From positions 1 to 29,733 of the forward strand of contig JANRLW010000100.1 of NCBI GenBank assembly GCA_033762295.1: a DNA stretch of 29,733 nucleotides, given 5' to 3'. The position numbers and the translations under genes are program-made. This document shows, piece by piece, positions 26,102-29,733 of the stretch. Source of the stretch: Capsulimonadales bacterium (lineage in GTDB: Bacteria; Armatimonadota; Armatimonadia; Armatimonadales; Armatimonadaceae). The notes under the pieces were generated by a model. The model worked only from the letters and a program-made list of their open reading frames with translations, was not told the DNA's origin and did not search any database. Position 1 is the stretch's first letter. Every line of letters starts with the position of its first letter.

Positions 26102-26698
26102 GTGCCCCTTCTCGATACGTCTGAAACCCTGCCTTCGACGGCGTCGGAGGAATCTTCCGGCGCCGACTTGCTCTATCATACGCTGGTGCGCCTGACCCGG
26201 ATGGTGCTCTTCCCGCTGGATGCGCCGTCTCCGCTCGATGACCTGCCGATCTCCCAGGTACGCTGCCTGAGTATCGTCGGCGCGGAGGAAGGGCGAAAGA
26301 TGCAGGAAATCGCCGCCCGTCTGCATATCAAGTTGCCGGCCATGTCCCAGATGGTCGATCGGCTGGTTCGGAAAGGTCTGATGGAACGCCGTCCCGACCC
26401 GACGGACCGACGGGTGGCGCGGCTGCACCTGACGCCGGAGGCGCGCCGTATGGTCGCCGAGGCGCGGCGGATTCGAATGGACCATCTCCGAAAGATTACC
26501 GCCGACATGGACCCGGAACGGGTCGAACGAATCACGGAGGATCTTCGGGAAATGGTCGTTGTCGGAGCGGGACTCTATGACGACCTCGATACCCGGGAAG
26601 GTCGCCCGGCAAACACCGATCCTCTTTCGGGTGTCGCGGAAAATCAGGACCCTCTGGTTGAGATGCTGGCGCGACGCGCCCGCAACCGCCGGAATTAG
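26102..26698 (+). CDS. MarR family transcriptional regulator
   Basis: LPISQVRCL...MQEIAARLHIKLPAMSQMVDRLVRKGLMERRPDPTDRRVARLHLT. Confidence 0.92.
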   Translation: MPLLDTSETLPSTASEESSGADLLYHTLVRLTRMVLFPLDAPSPLDDLPISQVRCLSIVGAEEGRKMQEIAARLHIKLPAMSQMVDRLVRKGLMERRPDPTDRRVARLHLTPEARRMVAEARRIRMDHLRKITADMDPERVERITEDLREMVVVGAGLYDDLDTREGRPANTDPLSGVAENQDPLVEMLARRARNRRN

Positions 26699-26711
26699 GA
26701 AAACAGCGAAG

Positions 26712-28523
26712 ATGAATCGTCGTGTGCTAGTACCCATCGTCGTGCTCATTGCGGTCGTGGGAGGGATCTTCTTCTTCACGCGTCAGCAGAGCGCCGCCAG
26801 CAGCAAAGCCGGCGTCACCCAGTACAAAGTCGCCAAAGTCGAAACCGGCGAGGTGAAGAAGACCGTTTCCGCCTCCGGAACGCTCCAGGCGTGGAACGTC
26901 GTCGACATCAAGGCGCGCACCGGCGGGGAACTCAGCCTGCTGCGGGTGGATGTCGGGGACGAGGTACGAAAGGACGACCTTCTGGCCCGTATCGACCCGC
27001 TCGACGTTTCACTGACGCTCAACCAGGCGCGCGCCAACCACGAATCGGCCATCGCTCGCAAAGCACAGAACACCAAATCCTTCCAGCTTCAGGAGAAGCA
27101 AACTGACATCTCGATTCAGGACGCACGAGCCGCTCTGCTCTCGGCGGAGGCGAACCTGCAATCCGCCCGCGCCAGCCTCCGTACCGCGCAGGAGCAGGCC
27201 AATGCTCAGCCGACGCTGACGGAGGCGGCGATCGATAACGCGAAGGCCGCCTACGACCAGGCCGTCAAGCAACTGGCGCAGTTGAAGGCGACCAACCAGC
27301 AACAGAAGGCCGCCGCGCAGGCCACCTACGATCAGGCGGTCGCGAACCGGACGAACGCCCGCCAGTCGCTGGAACGGCAGCAAGCGCTGGTCGCCAAAGG
27401 GTTCGTCGCCCAGTCCGCCGTCGATTCCGCCCAGGCCAACCTGTCGGTGCTCGACGCCCAGGTGAACTCCGCGCGCACCAAACTCGACACCGTGGACGCC
27501 GAACTCGCCGCCACTCTGCAGGCGTCCGAGGCCCGCGTCGCCCAGACCCGGGCCGCCCTTGAATCCGCCAAGGCCGGCAGCATCGATATCGTCAACCGCC
27601 GTAACTCCGCCCGACAGGCGCAGGCGGCCGTCCGACAGGCCGAAGCCCAGGTCGAACGCGCCCGCGTCGCCCTGCGGCAGGCGCTCGCCAACCGGACCAA
27701 CAACGACATCCGCAAACTCGATATCACGACGGCGAATGCCACGATCGCCAGCGCGAACGCCGCTCTGGTCAACGCGCAGATCTCCATGCAGCGTACCGAG
27801 ATCCGCTCTCCGATGGAGGGCGTCGTCCTGCAAAAGTACGTCAACCAGGGAACCATCATCTCCTCCGCCCTCGGAATCAACTCCGCCGGGCAGAGCATCA
27901 TTCAGCTCGGAGATGTCTCCCGCATGTACGTCGATGTCAATGTCGATGAAACCGACATCGCCAACGTCGATATCAATCAGGTGGTGGAGGTGAACATCGA
28001 GGCGTATCCCGGCGTTCCGTTCGAGGGCAAAGTCATTCGGATCAATCCTCTGGCCCAGGTCGAACAGAACGTCACGACGATCCATGTTCGGGTCGAAGTC
28101 GATAACTCCTCTCCCACCTTCCGTCTGCTCAAACCCGGGATGAACGCCACCTGTGAGTTCGTCATCGGCAAAAAACCCGACGTCGTCAAAGTGCCGAACG
28201 AGGCGATTCGTGAGGACGACCAGGGGCAGTACGTCGAAATCGCCAGCGGCGGCAAGCCGGCACCGCCCGATCCGCAGGCGGGAACCCCGGCGCCCCCGCC
28301 CGATCCCAGCCTGCTGATCGATATCAAGAAGGAACGTCGGGCGATCAAGGCGGGCCTTGCCGGCAACGACGCCACGGAAATCACGGAAGGCGTCAAACCG
28401 GGTGATCAGATCATCACGCAGACCATCGAGCCCGCGCCGCCGCAACAGGCGGGAAGTCCGTTCGGCGGAGGCGGTTTCGGCGGACGCGGCATGGGCGGTA
28501 TGGGCGGCGGTCGCGGCAGATAA
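26712..28523 (+). CDS. MacA-like efflux periplasmic adaptor subunit with extended coiled coil
   Basis: N-terminal TM, VSASGTLQA, VDVGDEV..LARID, long Ala/Gln helical region, IRSPMEGVV, VDETDI, LKPGMNA, Gly-rich tail. Confidence 0.92.
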   Translation: MNRRVLVPIVVLIAVVGGIFFFTRQQSAASSKAGVTQYKVAKVETGEVKKTVSASGTLQAWNVVDIKARTGGELSLLRVDVGDEVRKDDLLARIDPLDVSLTLNQARANHESAIARKAQNTKSFQLQEKQTDISIQDARAALLSAEANLQSARASLRTAQEQANAQPTLTEAAIDNAKAAYDQAVKQLAQLKATNQQQKAAAQATYDQAVANRTNARQSLERQQALVAKGFVAQSAVDSAQANLSVLDAQVNSARTKLDTVDAELAATLQASEARVAQTRAALESAKAGSIDIVNRRNSARQAQAAVRQAEAQVERARVALRQALANRTNNDIRKLDITTANATIASANAALVNAQISMQRTEIRSPMEGVVLQKYVNQGTIISSALGINSAGQSIIQLGDVSRMYVDVNVDETDIANVDINQVVEVNIEAYPGVPFEGKVIRINPLAQVEQNVTTIHVRVEVDNSSPTFRLLKPGMNATCEFVIGKKPDVVKVPNEAIREDDQGQYVEIASGGKPAPPDPQAGTPAPPPDPSLLIDIKKERRAIKAGLAGNDATEITEGVKPGDQIITQTIEPAPPQQAGSPFGGGGFGGRGMGGMGGGRGR

Positions 28524-28566
28524 CCCCTTCCGGAACTTCGGTTCGGTTGCGCGAGGATAGCGAACG

Positions 28567-29733
28567 ATGAGTGTTACCGATATTCAGTCAATGAAACCGG
28601 CTGCCGCGCCGCCGACCACCGGCACCGGCGGCGGCGGTCTCCTGGCCGTCACCGTGCAGATGGCCTGGAACGGCATCATCGCCAACAAACTTCGGTCGTT
28701 TCTGACCATGCTGGGCGTCATTATCGGTGTCGGGGCGGTCATCGTCGCCATCTCGATCGGGCAGGGATCGAGAGCCGCGGTCGCGGAAAGCATACAGCGA
28801 CTCGGCACCAACGTCCTGACCGTCTTCCCCGGCAGCCAGCGGCGCGGGGGCATCATGTTCGGTGGCGGCACATCGATCACACTGAAGCCGGAGGATGCGG
28901 AGGCGATCCTGAAGGGGTGTCCCTCCGTCGCACGGGTCTCGCCCACCGTCAACCGCAGCCTGCAGGTCAAATACAAGGACAAGAACAACAATAACGCGAT
29001 CACCGGCACCGGCACGGATTACCCGGTCGTTTCCGCACACCCGGTCGCGCAGGGCCGTTACTTCACCGCCGAGGAGGTCCGCTCCCTCCGGCGCGTGGTC
29101 GTTGTCGGTTCCAATGTCGTCAAGGACCTGTTCGATCAGCAATCCCCGATCGGGAAAAAGGTACGCATCGCCAATCAGAACTTCGAAGTGGTCGGGGTTC
29201 TCAAAGCCAAGGGCGGCACCGGCTTCCGCAACCCGGATGACGCGCTGTACGTGCCCTTCACCACGGCGATGCGCCGCCTTTTCGGGCTGCAGAGCGTCAA
29301 TAATATCACCGTTCAGGCTAAAACCTTCGGACTCCTTGGCCGGGCACAGACCGAGGTCGAAGACGTCCTGCGCAAGGAACACAAGATCGGCGCGAACGGC
29401 ACTCCGGACTTTACGGTCTTCAACCAGGCGGACCTCGCCGAAACGCAGAATGCGCAGCAGGACACCTTCTCCAGCCTGATCACCTACCTGGCGATCGTCT
29501 CCCTGGTCGTCGGCGGCATCGGGATCATGAACATCATGCTGGTTTCCGTTACCGAGCGTACCCGCGAGATCGGCATCCGCAAGGCGATCGGCGCCAAGCG
29601 CCGGGATATCCTGACGCAATTCTTGCTGGAGGCGCTCTTTCTCTCGCTCGTCGGCGGGCTCCTCGGAGTCGCCCTTGGCATCAGCGGGTCGAACTGGGTC
29701 AGCGCGGCCAACAACTGGCGCGTCCAGATCGAC
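28567..29733 (+). CDS. MacB/FtsX-type ABC transporter permease (partial, continues past window)
   Basis: Translated by hand: ANKLRSFLTMLGVIIGVGAVI...LGTNVL...SLVVGGIGIMNIMLVSVTERTREIGIRKAIGAKRRDILTQFLLEA. There is no N-terminal ATPase domain. Confidence 0.93.
   Translation, partial: MSVTDIQSMKPAAAPPTTGTGGGGLLAVTVQMAWNGIIANKLRSFLTMLGVIIGVGAVIVAISIGQGSRAAVAESIQRLGTNVLTVFPGSQRRGGIMFGGGTSITLKPEDAEAILKGCPSVARVSPTVNRSLQVKYKDKNNNNAITGTGTDYPVVSAHPVAQGRYFTAEEVRSLRRVVVVGSNVVKDLFDQQSPIGKKVRIANQNFEVVGVLKAKGGTGFRNPDDALYVPFTTAMRRLFGLQSVNNITVQAKTFGLLGRAQTEVEDVLRKEHKIGANGTPDFTVFNQADLAETQNAQQDTFSSLITYLAIVSLVVGGIGIMNIMLVSVTERTREIGIRKAIGAKRRDILTQFLLEALFLSLVGGLLGVALGISGSNWVSAANNWRVQID

Overview
A GC-rich bacterial chromosomal segment. 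The DUF1559/H-X9-DG prepilin-like gene, its lipoprotein partner and two LacI regulators suggest Armatimonadota or a Planctomycetota-like lineage (inference). It holds about 28 protein genes. Housekeeping genes are hisC, ilvD and dtd. Regulators and transport are two LacI genes and a MarR + MacA-like + MacB-like efflux operon that runs off the right end. Enzymes include AcpH-like, GNAT, ComB-like, alpha/beta hydrolase, SnoaL-like and GT4 proteins, and there are several envelope proteins. The most unusual items are: (1) a membrane-anchored Hanks-type kinase with several catalytic motifs replaced, fused to a FecR-like domain and divergent from a hydrolase plus a GlpX-like protein with a degenerate active site; (2) a promoter/operator - DUF1559 pilin-like - lipoprotein - LacI cassette; (3) a PhyH-family dioxygenase split by a one-base frameshift in a homopolymer, directly upstream of a ComB-like phosphatase; (4) an orphan DUF6088/AbiEi-like antitoxin with an intact inverted-repeat operator and an apparently amputated toxin; (5) a noncoding stretch with DnaA-box-like 9-mers and an exact 54-bp tandem duplication of a hairpin. 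I recognised no rRNA, tRNA, CRISPR array or transposase. Family assignments come from motif recognition by eye, not database searches.
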